IMG/VR virus record: IMGVR_UViG_3300008952_001422
Coordinates: 1 to 64,000 of that record
Origin: a virus
Reading direction: 5' to 3' (one strand)
DNA: 64,000 nucleotides
Shown: positions 1 through 9,577 of the stretch, one piece after another
How the letters are laid out: each line of letters starts with the position of its first letter
Numbering within the stretch: position 1 is the stretch's first letter
Notes under the pieces: generated by a model
The model's input: the letters and a program-made list of their open reading frames with translations, nothing else
Told to the model about the DNA's origin: nothing
The model's database searches: none
Made by a program: the position numbers and the translations under genes

Positions 1-427
1 GACTCATATATTCTTTTTCTGTACCTTTATCACTTATATATCCATCAGCACCAGGATGAAAATTTCTATCTCTGTGTTGTTTCATATGAAGTACTTCGTG
101 TTTTAACGCATCTTTCAATTTGTTTAAGAAGTATTTTTTACTGTTGTCTGACCATGTAAAACTTGCAGGACCTTCTTTGCTGAATAATATTTTAATGAAT
201 ATAGCAATATCACCTTCTTCATCGAAATCTGGTTCGTAGTGGGCACTAATTGATAGTTCACCTTCTTTCAAATCAGGAGTTCTTACAACTTGGATTGATG
301 CTATAGGAAAGTGATTTCCTACAATATCAATAATTTCATCATGAGATTGTGTACCATTGATGTCTTTTGCGATACCTTCTAAGTCGAACTCTTGTCCGTC
401 TGGCATTAATATTTCTTTAATTAACAT
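1..427 (-). CDS. Zincin-like HExxH metallopeptidase-domain protein (3' end outside the window)
   Basis: Manual translation from ATG at 427: MLIKEILMPDG...LKHEVLHMKQHR...EYMS; open to the window edge; not in the ORF track. Confidence 0.65.
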   Translation of the reverse strand, partial: MLIKEILMPDGQEFDLEGIAKDINGTQSHDEIIDIVGNHFPIASIQVVRTPDLKEGELSISAHYEPDFDEEGDIAIFIKILFSKEGPASFTWSDNSKKYFLNKLKDALKHEVLHMKQHRDRNFHPGADGYISDKGTEKEYMS

Positions 428-438
428 AATTCTTTAAT

Positions 439-735
439 TTATAATTCTTCAATTTTCTTAGTAAAGGGATTGAATGTAGCAACTGGGTCGCTACCGTATT
501 TGTCATCAGGTTCTACTAAAACAAAGTCAAATGCACCATATCCACCATCATCAAAGAATACTTTCCATTTTTTATTGTTCCAAGTTATAAGTCTTTTTTC
601 GTAATACTTTATCATTTTTACAACATCTTCGCCGGTTTTTCCGTAATGGCGTTGAGCGCCTTGGTCAAGCATTTTTCTACTAAATTCAATTTCGCTTTGT
701 ATTAAGTCGTTTTCTATTAACTCGTGTAATTTCAT
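439..735 (-). CDS. Hypothetical protein with MKLHELIE N-terminal tag
   Basis: ORF with upstream AGGA; late-type ATAAATAC on the minus strand at 766-773. Confidence 0.7.
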   Translation of the reverse strand: MKLHELIENDLIQSEIEFSRKMLDQGAQRHYGKTGEDVVKMIKYYEKRLITWNNKKWKVFFDDGGYGAFDFVLVEPDDKYGSDPVATFNPFTKKIEEL

Positions 736-769
736 TTTAGTTAGTCCTTATAAATTTGACTAACTGTAT

Positions 770-1018
770 TTATGCTTTAAATCTAGATAAGTGTTTTTTA
801 ACTTTTAGACGTTTGAATACTTTACCCCAGGCTCTTTCGTGCAAGAAATACACAACAAATTTAATGATTGCGTCAATAGATGCTATTGACCCTGCTATTG
901 TTAAATTGCCAGTAAGTATATATGATATGATAAAGGTTATACATATCGATAATATTCGATATGACAACGATTTATATAAATGAACATGCAGTGCTTTCAT
1001 AGTGTTTTCCTCTCTCAT
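770..1018 (-). CDS. Small membrane protein (DUF2061-like)
   Basis: KSLSYR...YFLHERAW motif, two hydrophobic segments; start may be at 1000. Confidence 0.65.
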   Translation of the reverse strand: MREENTMKALHVHLYKSLSYRILSICITFIISYILTGNLTIAGSIASIDAIIKFVVYFLHERAWGKVFKRLKVKKHLSRFKA

Positions 1019-1102
1019 ATGTATTTATTGACTATCTTTTATGACTTATATGCTTATTTTTCAATGATTTAGTCAAAAAAGGGGTTATTTTACGTGAAAA
1101 AC

Positions 1103-1130
1103 TTGACTTTGGGCTCCATTATGCTATAAT
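1103..1130 (+). promoter_or_regulatory. Sigma70-type early promoter
   Basis: TTGACT-N16-TATAAT with extended -10 TG. Confidence 0.8.
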
Positions 1131-1171
1131 TAACGATATAGTTCGATTTTTTCACTAGGCGGAGAGAGGAT

Positions 1172-1750
1172 GTGAATACTGTGACATATGCATCAGAATT
1201 ACGTAGTATTTTTAATCGTAATGCTTATTCGACACTAATTGCCAATATGGGCACACAGTTGAATGATAGAAAAGACCGCTTTGATAAAAGTGATATTATC
1301 GAACAAGCAGTTGCAGTCTATTCAGGTGATAGACTTGCATGGGTAGACCTGATTGGTCGTGACCATGTGGATTCAGTTACAGGTTTTGATTTAGAATTCA
1401 AATATGTATCTGATGGTTTGTTTACAAAGGCACAAAAGTTGCCAAAAGAAGTTGTAAATGTAAAGTTAAAGAATAACTTAGGCTCCCACAAAGGAATTAC
1501 AGTAGACCATCCGGCAGATTTTTATATGATTGGTCAACAAGATGCAATCGCAATAATCAGTTGGGAAGACATTCAGAACTATCTAGTGGCAGTACCTGAT
1601 GGAATTGAGGCACGTATTCCATTTGATAAACTTAGTTTCATTTTTGATTTCAATGATATTGAGTTAGGTAATGTAGAAATAGAAACAGAAACAGATTACA
1701 AACAAATCAAAATGGATGCACAAAGAACATTAATTGAAACATTTTTATAA
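1172..1750 (+). CDS. Putative PD-(D/E)xK restriction-endonuclease-like protein
   Basis: IIEQ...GRDH...DLEFK arrangement resembles the E..D..ExK core. Confidence 0.45.
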   Translation: MNTVTYASELRSIFNRNAYSTLIANMGTQLNDRKDRFDKSDIIEQAVAVYSGDRLAWVDLIGRDHVDSVTGFDLEFKYVSDGLFTKAQKLPKEVVNVKLKNNLGSHKGITVDHPADFYMIGQQDAIAIISWEDIQNYLVAVPDGIEARIPFDKLSFIFDFNDIELGNVEIETETDYKQIKMDAQRTLIETFL

Positions 1751-1777
1751 ATATGAATGACTTAAGAAAGGAAGTAA

Positions 1778-2125
1778 ATGAGTAATTATACTACTGGTCC
1801 AGGACCATTAGATGGTAGTAAGAAACGTTTAAAACTTAATGATAAGATTAAGGCTTTAAATTCGAGTAGAGTGTTTAAGAAGATAACGCCAAAAGGCGAT
1901 TTATCTTGGCACGTCAAGTGGATTTCAGTTATTCTTATTGTAATAGCAACTGCGGCCAGAAGTGAAGGCTCAATACCACATATTGATTTGTGGTTTGGAA
2001 TGCTAGGTACATTAGGTTGGCTTTGGGTAGGTATGCTTTGGCATGACCGTGCATTGATTTTGCTAAATGGTGTATTAGTTACTCTTATAGGCATGGGCCT
2101 AATAAACTTTTATTTCGGAGCATAA
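1778..2125 (+). CDS. Small multi-pass membrane protein
   Basis: Three hydrophobic helices after KITPKGDLSW; AAGGAAG RBS. Confidence 0.7.
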   Translation: MSNYTTGPGPLDGSKKRLKLNDKIKALNSSRVFKKITPKGDLSWHVKWISVILIVIATAARSEGSIPHIDLWFGMLGTLGWLWVGMLWHDRALILLNGVLVTLIGMGLINFYFGA

Positions 2126-2127
2126 CA

Positions 2128-2367
2128 ATGGGACATTTTATTAAATTTACATTTACTGCATTTGATAAAGATTTTTCTGTTCACGTTGATGATAAAGATA
2201 TCTCAACTCCAGTAAAAATGCTGAACGCAAAAAGTAGAGCAATGGGGAAAGCAAATAGAGAATTTTTAGATAAATTCTTAAATGAGGGGATTGACCCATT
2301 TCCAGGCTGGTGGTCTGAATCATCACCAACGGATTTTTATTGGTCAACAGGAAATAATTTTGATTAA
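2128..2367 (+). CDS. Hypothetical protein
   Basis: ORF in operon order with GGAG RBS. Confidence 0.6.
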   Translation: MGHFIKFTFTAFDKDFSVHVDDKDISTPVKMLNAKSRAMGKANREFLDKFLNEGIDPFPGWWSESSPTDFYWSTGNNFD

Positions 2368-2433
2368 AACTCAGTTGTTAACTGGGTTTACCACATTATA
2401 AATAGATAAGTTTACAAAAAGAAGTACAAAAAC

Positions 2434-2462
2434 TTGACTTTTCTAACGTATTGTGTTAAGAT
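2434..2462 (+). promoter_or_regulatory. Sigma70-type promoter
   Basis: TTGACT-N17-TAAGAT. Confidence 0.65.
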
Positions 2463-2492
2463 GGTTACATTAAACATATAAAAAGAGAGGTT

Positions 2493-2645
2493 ATGATGGA
2501 ATTAGAAAGTATTGGGTCATACATTTTATTGGCCTTTATATTAGGATTTTTTAGTATTGCTTTATTATCGAACTTTTTCTTCCCATTCTTTATGGATGCG
2601 AATGACAAGATTAATAAAGAATACAAAGATATTCCCCTAGATTAG
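2493..2645 (+). CDS. Small single-TM protein (50 aa, not in ORF track)
   Basis: GAGAGG RBS; MMELESIGSYILLAFILGFFSIALL... Confidence 0.55.
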   Translation: MMELESIGSYILLAFILGFFSIALLSNFFFPFFMDANDKINKEYKDIPLD

Positions 2646-2657
2646 ATTATTAGGGTA

Positions 2658-2748
2658 ATCGATTGTTTCGTTATCATTTTTTATGAATGATGATGAAGCA
2701 ATTGATATCGTATGTCTTAGAGATAAGCATATGCATCCGAACTGATGT
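2658..2748 (+). ncRNA. Structured RNA leader (three hairpins)
   Basis: 21-bp stem with four G-U pairs (2658-2706), GAGA-tetraloop hairpin (2710-2732), short hairpin (2733-2748). Confidence 0.55.
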
Positions 2749-2780
2749 AAAACTACTTTTTAATATAACAGGAGTAACAT

Positions 2781-3002
2781 ATGTTAGAGAAAGTCTTACG
2801 CTGGACATCCGGCGCAACAGAGGCTGGTATTTCACTAATCGGTCTTGCTATCGTACTACAAGTAGTATTTGGTGGGTCTGTACCTTTCTTAGGTGGTGAC
2901 GTAATCGGTACTGTAATTGGAATAGTGGCGCAACTTGGCTCCGCTGGTCTAGTTGGATTAATTTCTGCGGCTATTTTGTGGAAACTATTTTCAAAAGATT
3001 AA
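2781..3002 (+). CDS. Small hydrophobic membrane protein, host-like
   Basis: AGGAG RBS; two long hydrophobic segments; hairpin GAATGCC..GGCATTC downstream at 3038-3058. Confidence 0.8.
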   Translation: MLEKVLRWTSGATEAGISLIGLAIVLQVVFGGSVPFLGGDVIGTVIGIVAQLGSAGLVGLISAAILWKLFSKD

Positions 3003-3170
3003 ACCCTAATATACGCAATTTTGGTATATTCGATTGAGAATGCCTGTCATGGGCATTCCAATCTTACGGTTTCGGTACTTCCCCTAAGTATGATTATCTA
3101 CTTTAAAAAGTACCACTTTATTCGCAGTTTCATTTTGATATAAATAGTTGATATAGAGGAACTTAATTCA

Positions 3171-3932
3171 TTGAAACTACATTGCATAAGCGATACACAC
3201 ATGAGACATCGGGAAATCGAACTTCCCGGTGGCGATGTGTTAATACATGCAGGAGACATAATGACTAACCGTGACCCAGGACAGTTACTAGAGTTTTTAG
3301 TATGGTTTGATGAACAAAAATACACTACTAAACTTTTTATCGCTGGCAATCATGACTATATCTTTGAAGACAATCCTAACCTTGCTAAGAAAATCCTTAG
3401 ACTATTCCCATCAATCACATACTTACAAGATTCCGAGACAACAATAGACGGTATCAAATTTTATGGTTCACCATGGATTCCAACAAACTTTCTAGGTAAG
3501 GCATTTTCTTTCTTAAGAACTGAACACGACATAGCAAAACGACACTGGTCAAAAATTCCCGATGATACTGATGTTCTTATTACTCATAGTCCAGTCTATG
3601 AAAAATTAGATAAGATTGTGCGACCAGTCAGACATAATCAAACTCAACTACATCTCGGTGACCCATCTCTTGGGAAACGAATCAAAGAAATAAATCCACA
3701 ACTTCATATTTGTGGACATATCCATTCAGGTCAAGGAATACTTGACGAACATAAAGAAACAACTACCTATATCAACGCCGCTAGTCTGGGCGAAGATTAT
3801 GAATATTCTAATAAAAGGAGATACATACCATGCAAAATTTTAAAAACCACATCAGAGATTGGACTTCAAGAAAATGGCACTCTACACACAATTGGAAATC
3901 AGGTACAGGAAAGTTCATTAAAAGAACACTAA
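3171..3932 (+). CDS. Calcineurin-like metallophosphoesterase
   Basis: SDTH, AGD, GNHD, ITH and GHIH motifs. Confidence 0.9.
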   Translation: MKLHCISDTHMRHREIELPGGDVLIHAGDIMTNRDPGQLLEFLVWFDEQKYTTKLFIAGNHDYIFEDNPNLAKKILRLFPSITYLQDSETTIDGIKFYGSPWIPTNFLGKAFSFLRTEHDIAKRHWSKIPDDTDVLITHSPVYEKLDKIVRPVRHNQTQLHLGDPSLGKRIKEINPQLHICGHIHSGQGILDEHKETTTYINAASLGEDYEYSNKRRYIPCKILKTTSEIGLQENGTLHTIGNQVQESSLKEH

Positions 3933-3966
3933 ATAAAAAGGCAAGAAAAGAAGCAAAAGAAAAAAT

Positions 3967-4533
3967 ATGTCGAATAATGATTGGATAAAATACGAAACAC
4001 CACATGATGGAGTAGGAACCCATGTATCCGTTTGGATAAATGAAAAGATGGGATTAGTTAAACGAACATTTGATGGTGACCATTGCGGACCTGGTGTATC
4101 TAAATTTAAAAGCAAATCTGATACATTCTTTAAGAATGAAGTATATTGGTTAACTCATCCTTTGCTTTTCGAAAGCAAATTCTTACCTGAATTAATTGAA
4201 ATCAATGGAGATACTAAAACTATAATTCAAAAATATTATGGTCCTAACTTACTAGATTATCTTCACGACCCTAAAGGTTTTCCTGTTTCAAATATTTCTG
4301 AACAGATATTAGAGATGTACACATTCTTTACAGAAGTTGGAGTTAATAAACTGAATGGTGCATTATCGAATATGTCAGCAAATGATGGACAATTAATTGC
4401 ATTCGATTTCAAGTGGGCAAGACCAGCCCCAAAGGCAAACGCAAAAGAAATAAAAGCATTTCATACTTGGTTTACAAAGATTGACCCAGATTTGGTAGAG
4501 AAGTTAATTAAGATGAAGACTTCTAAATTATAA
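3967..4533 (+). CDS. Protein-kinase-like fold protein, atypical catalytic loop
   Basis: VKR, FKNEVYWL, PELIEI, KLNGALSN and FDF elements in kinase order. Confidence 0.5.
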   Translation: MSNNDWIKYETPHDGVGTHVSVWINEKMGLVKRTFDGDHCGPGVSKFKSKSDTFFKNEVYWLTHPLLFESKFLPELIEINGDTKTIIQKYYGPNLLDYLHDPKGFPVSNISEQILEMYTFFTEVGVNKLNGALSNMSANDGQLIAFDFKWARPAPKANAKEIKAFHTWFTKIDPDLVEKLIKMKTSKL

Positions 4534-4977
4534 TTCTATTGATGTTTTGACTCCAGGAGAGGCGATATCCATCGCATATAATCCTGCTAATACCATTGAA
4601 AGTATTTTTTCTAAACTTAATCCTACAACAGCGATTGAAGGCAACATAGGAGATAATAGCATTAGAATCATAACTCCTAATCCTATCATTCTTGGATGGG
4701 CACGAAAGAAACCAAAGAATTTTTTTAATGTTGATGTTTTTACTTTTTCTTCATTGCCAAGTTTGTCTTCAAGTTTAGACATGTATTGTTTCATGTCTTG
4801 AGTTTTTTCTTCACTTGGTTCTGGTTGTTTTTTGAATTTGTTTACTGCTTTTTGTAAAAGTGTTTGGCTAAGTCTTTCAGCATCCATACTTCCATCTTCG
4901 AGTAATGGAACATTTCTTTTAGCCCATTTCTCTAATTCGTACAACGTATTAGATTGTGTGATTTCGCCAATTCTCAT
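4528..4977 (-). CDS. Hypothetical membrane-anchored protein with MRIGEI tag
   Basis: ORF coupled to upstream gene (TAATG); C-terminal hydrophobic helices. Confidence 0.65.
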   Translation of the reverse strand: MRIGEITQSNTLYELEKWAKRNVPLLEDGSMDAERLSQTLLQKAVNKFKKQPEPSEEKTQDMKQYMSKLEDKLGNEEKVKTSTLKKFFGFFRAHPRMIGLGVMILMLLSPMLPSIAVVGLSLEKILSMVLAGLYAMDIASPGVKTSIEL

Positions 4978-5741
4978 TATATATCCGGATTAGTTCTATA
5001 ACCTTTATGGGTAAAGCCAGTGACATTAGAAATAAAATCACTTATAAATTCTTCTGTGTCTTCGTATGAACCCAAATGTTCTTTTGGTACACTAACAGTA
5101 AGAGAGGTAGGTAAGTCAAGTCCTTCTGGACCCTCACCTGTACTATCTTCTGTGTCCCATTCAATATCTTTTACTTTAAATACTTTATCTTCTGTAACTT
5201 CTTTCTTCTTAAGTAATCCTAGGTCATCTAATCTACGAACAATCATACCTCTAACATCTGCTTTAGGGTCTTTTTCTTCCATAGCATCTAACTCATCGAA
5301 TAGTTCATCGTCACCAAGAAGATGATAAATCTTATCATGGGCTCCAGCGGCAGGTAATTCTTGTTTCATTAAGTCTTTTAATTCTTTAACTTTTTCTGGA
5401 GTATCTGGAATTGACCATGTGCCTTCTGTAACTTTTTCTTTAGAAGATTCCATGACATCATCATTCCAATATGTGTTCGTATCGATATTGTCGGATTTCT
5501 TGTCATAAATGTCTACAATGATACCCATATCATTAGAAGATACGACTACATCGTGATGCTCGGCAGTAATATGCGTTTGTTGGTCTACTCGAAGTTTGTG
5601 AACTCCGCCTTCTTGTATGTTTCTTAATTGAGCCCTATTCTGAGCCTTATTATATTGCTTAACACCCTCATCAGTTTTATTCTGAAGGTTTTGAATAAGT
5701 CTTTTCCAAGATAGAATGTCGCTGTTGTCTAAATATGCCAT
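4977..5741 (-). CDS. Acidic modular protein (candidate processed head protein)
   Basis: Preceded by GATAAATAC (5780-5772) and AGGA; modules bounded by IQE, VME, VTE, VTE. Confidence 0.7.
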   Translation of the reverse strand: MAYLDNSDILSWKRLIQNLQNKTDEGVKQYNKAQNRAQLRNIQEGGVHKLRVDQQTHITAEHHDVVVSSNDMGIIVDIYDKKSDNIDTNTYWNDDVMESSKEKVTEGTWSIPDTPEKVKELKDLMKQELPAAGAHDKIYHLLGDDELFDELDAMEEKDPKADVRGMIVRRLDDLGLLKKKEVTEDKVFKVKDIEWDTEDSTGEGPEGLDLPTSLTVSVPKEHLGSYEDTEEFISDFISNVTGFTHKGYRTNPDI

Positions 5742-5787
5742 AATATTTCCTTGTTGTACAATACGTTAATTGTATTTATCTTTATAC

Positions 5788-5817
5788 TTGACTTTTGATA
5801 GTGTTTTGTGGTATAAT
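5788..5817 (+). promoter_or_regulatory. Sigma70-type promoter, back-to-back with a minus-strand late motif
   Basis: TTGACT-N18-TATAAT. Confidence 0.7.
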
Positions 5818-5827
5818 TGTGTGTACT

Positions 5828-6256
5828 ATGGAAATAAAACATAAACCACAATTCAATATAGAGAAAGTAACGGCTCATTATACGAAAAAAGACGGTGTAC
5901 CAGTACATTATGTATGTACATCCGACTTAGATGAGAGTGATAGACCATTTGATATCTATTATCGTGATACTCCTCATCCTGAGCATAATAACTTTTATTT
6001 CGGATTATATGCAGATGATGAAGATAGAATGATGATATGTAAAGCAGATTCTATTGAAAACTATACTTTTGGATTGATATCAGACGAAGATAAATGGGTA
6101 TATAGTCGAAGTCACCATGATTTTGTTGAAACAGATTCTGGTTATATTGATGGTGGGCGAAGATTTATCAAAAGAGGTGGTGAGTTAGATAATCAAAAAC
6201 ATATAGTCGCTAAAGTAGTAGATGGCGTATTTGTAACTGGAGATGAAACTGAATGA
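5828..6256 (+). CDS. Conserved phage hypothetical protein
   Basis: YSRSHHDF...IDGGR motif; ATG at 5828 lies just downstream of the promoter. Confidence 0.7.
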   Translation: MEIKHKPQFNIEKVTAHYTKKDGVPVHYVCTSDLDESDRPFDIYYRDTPHPEHNNFYFGLYADDEDRMMICKADSIENYTFGLISDEDKWVYSRSHHDFVETDSGYIDGGRRFIKRGGELDNQKHIVAKVVDGVFVTGDETE

Positions 6257-7221
6257 AAAGAGATGCAAATAATAATATAATTAGTTACGGCTTTCCAGAA
6301 GAGGAAATCTTTGATTCTAAAACATTGTCTGATGATGAAAAATCAACAGAATTAAACAAATTGTTGCGTCAGCAACAGAAAGATGGAATATTTGGTGGTG
6401 AAAAACAAGAATACTTTACAGTAGCAGATTTAACAACTCCAGCAGTAGAACCATTGAGAACAGTTGAACAAAATGTTTTAGCACTCATTTTATATTGGAG
6501 TGATACTGATGTTTGTTCACCACGAGATATGGGTGGCACTAAGTACAATTATTGGTGTAATATACTTCGTGATTGTGCGAGATGGCAGGACCCACGGAAT
6601 GATGTTACAATTGAAAAGCATACGCCAAGACCTAGACCTGATTATAATTTTCATGATTTGGAGATGACTCCTAGAAAACAGGATATCGACCTTGCAAAAA
6701 CAATTATTGATTACTATAAAATAAAATTATCTCATAGAGCATTAACTGGAGATATACCATTATCTGAATATGAAAATAAATTAGGTAGTTTTATCAATAC
6801 AAAACCAAATCAATTTAAGTTTGATGAAATTGGACTTGCTGTAAGATTACCAGAAACATATAATGTTGATTTGATATTCGATGGATTTATACAAGACTAT
6901 GATTCATTACCACCATACGACTCAGATTGGACTACTTCTCTTTCTACACCCCCAACAAAGAGACCACTTGTTCTTAATTTTATAAGAAAAGTAGATATTC
7001 TTGGTAGCAAAGAACAAAACATTCGTTACTATTTTGAATGTGATAAAGAATTGTATTGTATGAAATTTCCAGAAAATAATTCACTATTACATGTTCTTGA
7101 TGTTGTACTAGAAAACAGTAACAATATATTAAAGATATCAGCGGCAACTACGCCAACTGTACTTTATTTAAACAGTAATTTCTGGTATAATATGGTCCAT
7201 GATGGATGGATACTAGAGTAG
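6253..7221 (+). CDS. Hypothetical protein
   Basis: 322-aa ORF, ATGA overlap. Confidence 0.75.
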   Translation: MKRDANNNIISYGFPEEEIFDSKTLSDDEKSTELNKLLRQQQKDGIFGGEKQEYFTVADLTTPAVEPLRTVEQNVLALILYWSDTDVCSPRDMGGTKYNYWCNILRDCARWQDPRNDVTIEKHTPRPRPDYNFHDLEMTPRKQDIDLAKTIIDYYKIKLSHRALTGDIPLSEYENKLGSFINTKPNQFKFDEIGLAVRLPETYNVDLIFDGFIQDYDSLPPYDSDWTTSLSTPPTKRPLVLNFIRKVDILGSKEQNIRYYFECDKELYCMKFPENNSLLHVLDVVLENSNNILKISAATTPTVLYLNSNFWYNMVHDGWILE

Positions 7222-7222
7222 T

Positions 7223-7534
7223 ATGATTAAAGATAATGATGATGAACTAATGGTAATCACCATGGAAGAATGCGGCGAGTTAATTCAGGCCTGTTCGAAA
7301 GCCATGAGAACTAGAGAGTACAGTAGTCAGCAATTAACCGAGGAAGTCGGTGATGTCATGTGCATGGTAGGATTACTTATGCAATATGGACTCATTGATG
7401 AAGAAGAAGTCGAAAAAAGAGTAAACGTGAAACTTGCCAAATTGGCAAAGTGGAGTTACTTGGTAGAAGATAATGAAGAACACCAGGAGATAAGAAATGA
7501 CGATAGAAGACGTAATACCAAACGAAGACGGTGA
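7223..7534 (+). CDS. MazG-like NTP pyrophosphohydrolase
   Basis: EECGE...EEVGDV motif. Confidence 0.75.
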   Translation: MIKDNDDELMVITMEECGELIQACSKAMRTREYSSQQLTEEVGDVMCMVGLLMQYGLIDEEEVEKRVNVKLAKLAKWSYLVEDNEEHQEIRNDDRRRNTKRRR

Positions 7535-7811
7535 TTACTTAGATTTGATAAGCAAGGAGAGAGCAGACTTAAGAAATCAATTACAAAAAGAAATACTAGA
7601 AGTTACATTTACGAAAGTAAATGGCGATAAACGAATAATGAATTGTACATTACTTGAGGGCGTTGCTCCTTCAAATAAAGATTTAAATAAAGATACACCA
7701 GAAAGAAAAGTTAATGAAGAAGTACTTAGTGTATGGGATATTGACGCAAAGGGGTGGCGAAGTTTTCGTGTCAAAAATGTTACAAGAGTAAGAACTCATT
7801 CTTGGGGATAG
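7497..7811 (+). CDS. WYL-like SH3-fold phage protein (DUF2693-like)
   Basis: FTKVNGDKRIMNCTL...WDIDAKGWRSFR; AGGAG RBS. Confidence 0.75.
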   Translation: MTIEDVIPNEDGDYLDLISKERADLRNQLQKEILEVTFTKVNGDKRIMNCTLLEGVAPSNKDLNKDTPERKVNEEVLSVWDIDAKGWRSFRVKNVTRVRTHSWG

Positions 7812-7815
7812 AATA

Positions 7816-8139
7816 ATGTTTAACGTTCATAATATTGATGGAGAGATAGTTAAGGAAGATGACAGATATATAGTTAAGGATAACACTTCACTTAAAAATC
7901 TTATTGTAAGTTCAACGACTTTATTTCCAAACAAGTCCACAAGTGGACATAAACATAAAGGTCAAGAAGAAGTTTATATATTTCTTACTGGAAATGGATA
8001 TATATACTTAAATGAAAAGAAAATGTCGGTTCAAGCAGGCGATACGGTTTTAATTGAAGATGGTGTATTTCATAGAGTAGAATCTGGTGCTAGTGGATTA
8101 TATTTTGTTTGCGTGTTTGACGGTAAAAGGTATGAATGA
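7816..8139 (+). CDS. Cupin-domain protein
   Basis: HKH..QEEVY..G.G and GDTVLI..G.FH motifs. Confidence 0.85.
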   Translation: MFNVHNIDGEIVKEDDRYIVKDNTSLKNLIVSSTTLFPNKSTSGHKHKGQEEVYIFLTGNGYIYLNEKKMSVQAGDTVLIEDGVFHRVESGASGLYFVCVFDGKRYE

Positions 8140-8375
8140 TTATAGATTGGTCACTAAAAACAATTAAAGAAGAAGTAGATAAGATAAGGTTCGCAGAAGG
8201 TGACAAATATATGGATGGTTTCACCACATGGGGATGTAAAAAAGATTTGTACGAAATTCTTTGGTATGTTGAGAAGGCATTAGATGAATGTGATACATAT
8301 TCAAATGAAGACGATTTTCTTGAAGAACACGAAAAAGAATTGATGTGGTCAATATTAAAGGGGGATAAAAAATGA
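8136..8375 (+). CDS. Hypothetical protein
   Basis: ATGA-coupled ORF. Confidence 0.65.
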   Translation: MIIDWSLKTIKEEVDKIRFAEGDKYMDGFTTWGCKKDLYEILWYVEKALDECDTYSNEDDFLEEHEKELMWSILKGDKK

Positions 8376-9130
8376 TATTAGTCATAGGTTGTGGATTTGT
8401 AGGTGAAACAGTAGCAAAGTCATTACAAGAAGCAGGTAATCCAGTTGTTCGTATTGACCCAAAGTATAATGATAATACGATTGATATGTATCTGGGTACT
8501 CCAGAATTAAGAGCAATAGTTTGTGTACCAACTCCAACCGTAGATGGGATTTGCGATGATAGTATAATTCGAGAAGTACTTGAAGAATTAGGTGATACGC
8601 CTGTTCTTCTCAAGTGTACAGTTCCACCTAATATGTTAGAAACATATCCAGAAAATGTAACTTATAATCCAGAATTCTTACGTGCTAAAACAGCCGAAGA
8701 AGATTTCAAAAAGCAAAAACATTTTATTCTTGGTGGTACACCAGAGAATTGTGAAATTTGGAAAATGCAGTTTTCTTATCTGAATAATCCTAAAATAAAA
8801 AGAATCTTATCTCCTGTAGAATTTATTGAAACAGATAGAACAACTGCAAGTATGGTCAAGTATGTTCATAATTGTTGGTTAGCAACCAAAGTCGCATTCT
8901 TCCACGAAGTGATGAATAACGTAGGCGACAAATATAATCATAAAGAAATGATTGATATTCTTTCTAAATTTGAAAATATTGGACCTTCTCATATGTCTGC
9001 ACCGAATGATGATGGTGGTCTCGGCTTCGGTGGACATTGTTTTCCTAAAGATGTAGAAGCATTCTTAAATTACTCAAAAAGTGAGATATTACAACAGGTT
9101 ATTGATACAAATAGCAAATTAAAAGATTAG
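8372..9130 (+). CDS. UDP-glucose/GDP-mannose dehydrogenase family protein (lacks C-terminal domain)
   Basis: GCGFVG Rossmann, CVPTP, NPEFLR and GGHCFPKD motifs. Confidence 0.85.
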   Translation: MILVIGCGFVGETVAKSLQEAGNPVVRIDPKYNDNTIDMYLGTPELRAIVCVPTPTVDGICDDSIIREVLEELGDTPVLLKCTVPPNMLETYPENVTYNPEFLRAKTAEEDFKKQKHFILGGTPENCEIWKMQFSYLNNPKIKRILSPVEFIETDRTTASMVKYVHNCWLATKVAFFHEVMNNVGDKYNHKEMIDILSKFENIGPSHMSAPNDDGGLGFGGHCFPKDVEAFLNYSKSEILQQVIDTNSKLKD

Positions 9131-9133
9131 TAC

Positions 9134-9162
9134 TTGACATTCGCCAAGAAACCGTGTATAAT
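9134..9162 (+). promoter_or_regulatory. Sigma70-type promoter
   Basis: TTGACA-N17-TATAAT, perfect consensus. Confidence 0.85.
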
Positions 9163-9196
9163 ATTACACTGATTTAACATAACAAGAGAGGTATCT

Positions 9197-9577
9197 ATGA
9201 TATATGGAATTGGTGTCGATATAGTCGAAATTGAAAGATTCCGTAAAATCATTAATAGACGCAGTGATAAATTTGCAAAGAAAGTATTAACTGATATAGA
9301 GTATGATACTTATCTGAAGTCAAATAATAAAGAACAATATCTCTCCAAATGTTGGGCAGTTAAAGAGGCTTTTGTCAAGGCAATGGGAACTGGATTTACT
9401 GGTATATATAAAAAGACTGATATAGGTTATCGTTCACTAGACAACAGCAGACCTTTTATTGAACTATCGAATGATATTGCAAATAAAGTAGATAATCTCA
9501 ATATTAAAATAAATTTAAGTGTAAGTGATGAGGTAAGTAATGCTATTGCTTTTGTTATACTTGAGAGGTCATTATAA
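9197..9577 (+). CDS. acpS: Holo-ACP synthase (4'-phosphopantetheinyl transferase)
   Basis: GIGVDIVEIERF, WAVKEAFVKAMGTG and LSVSDE motifs. Confidence 0.92.
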   Translation: MIYGIGVDIVEIERFRKIINRRSDKFAKKVLTDIEYDTYLKSNNKEQYLSKCWAVKEAFVKAMGTGFTGIYKKTDIGYRSLDNSRPFIELSNDIANKVDNLNIKINLSVSDEVSNAIAFVILERSL

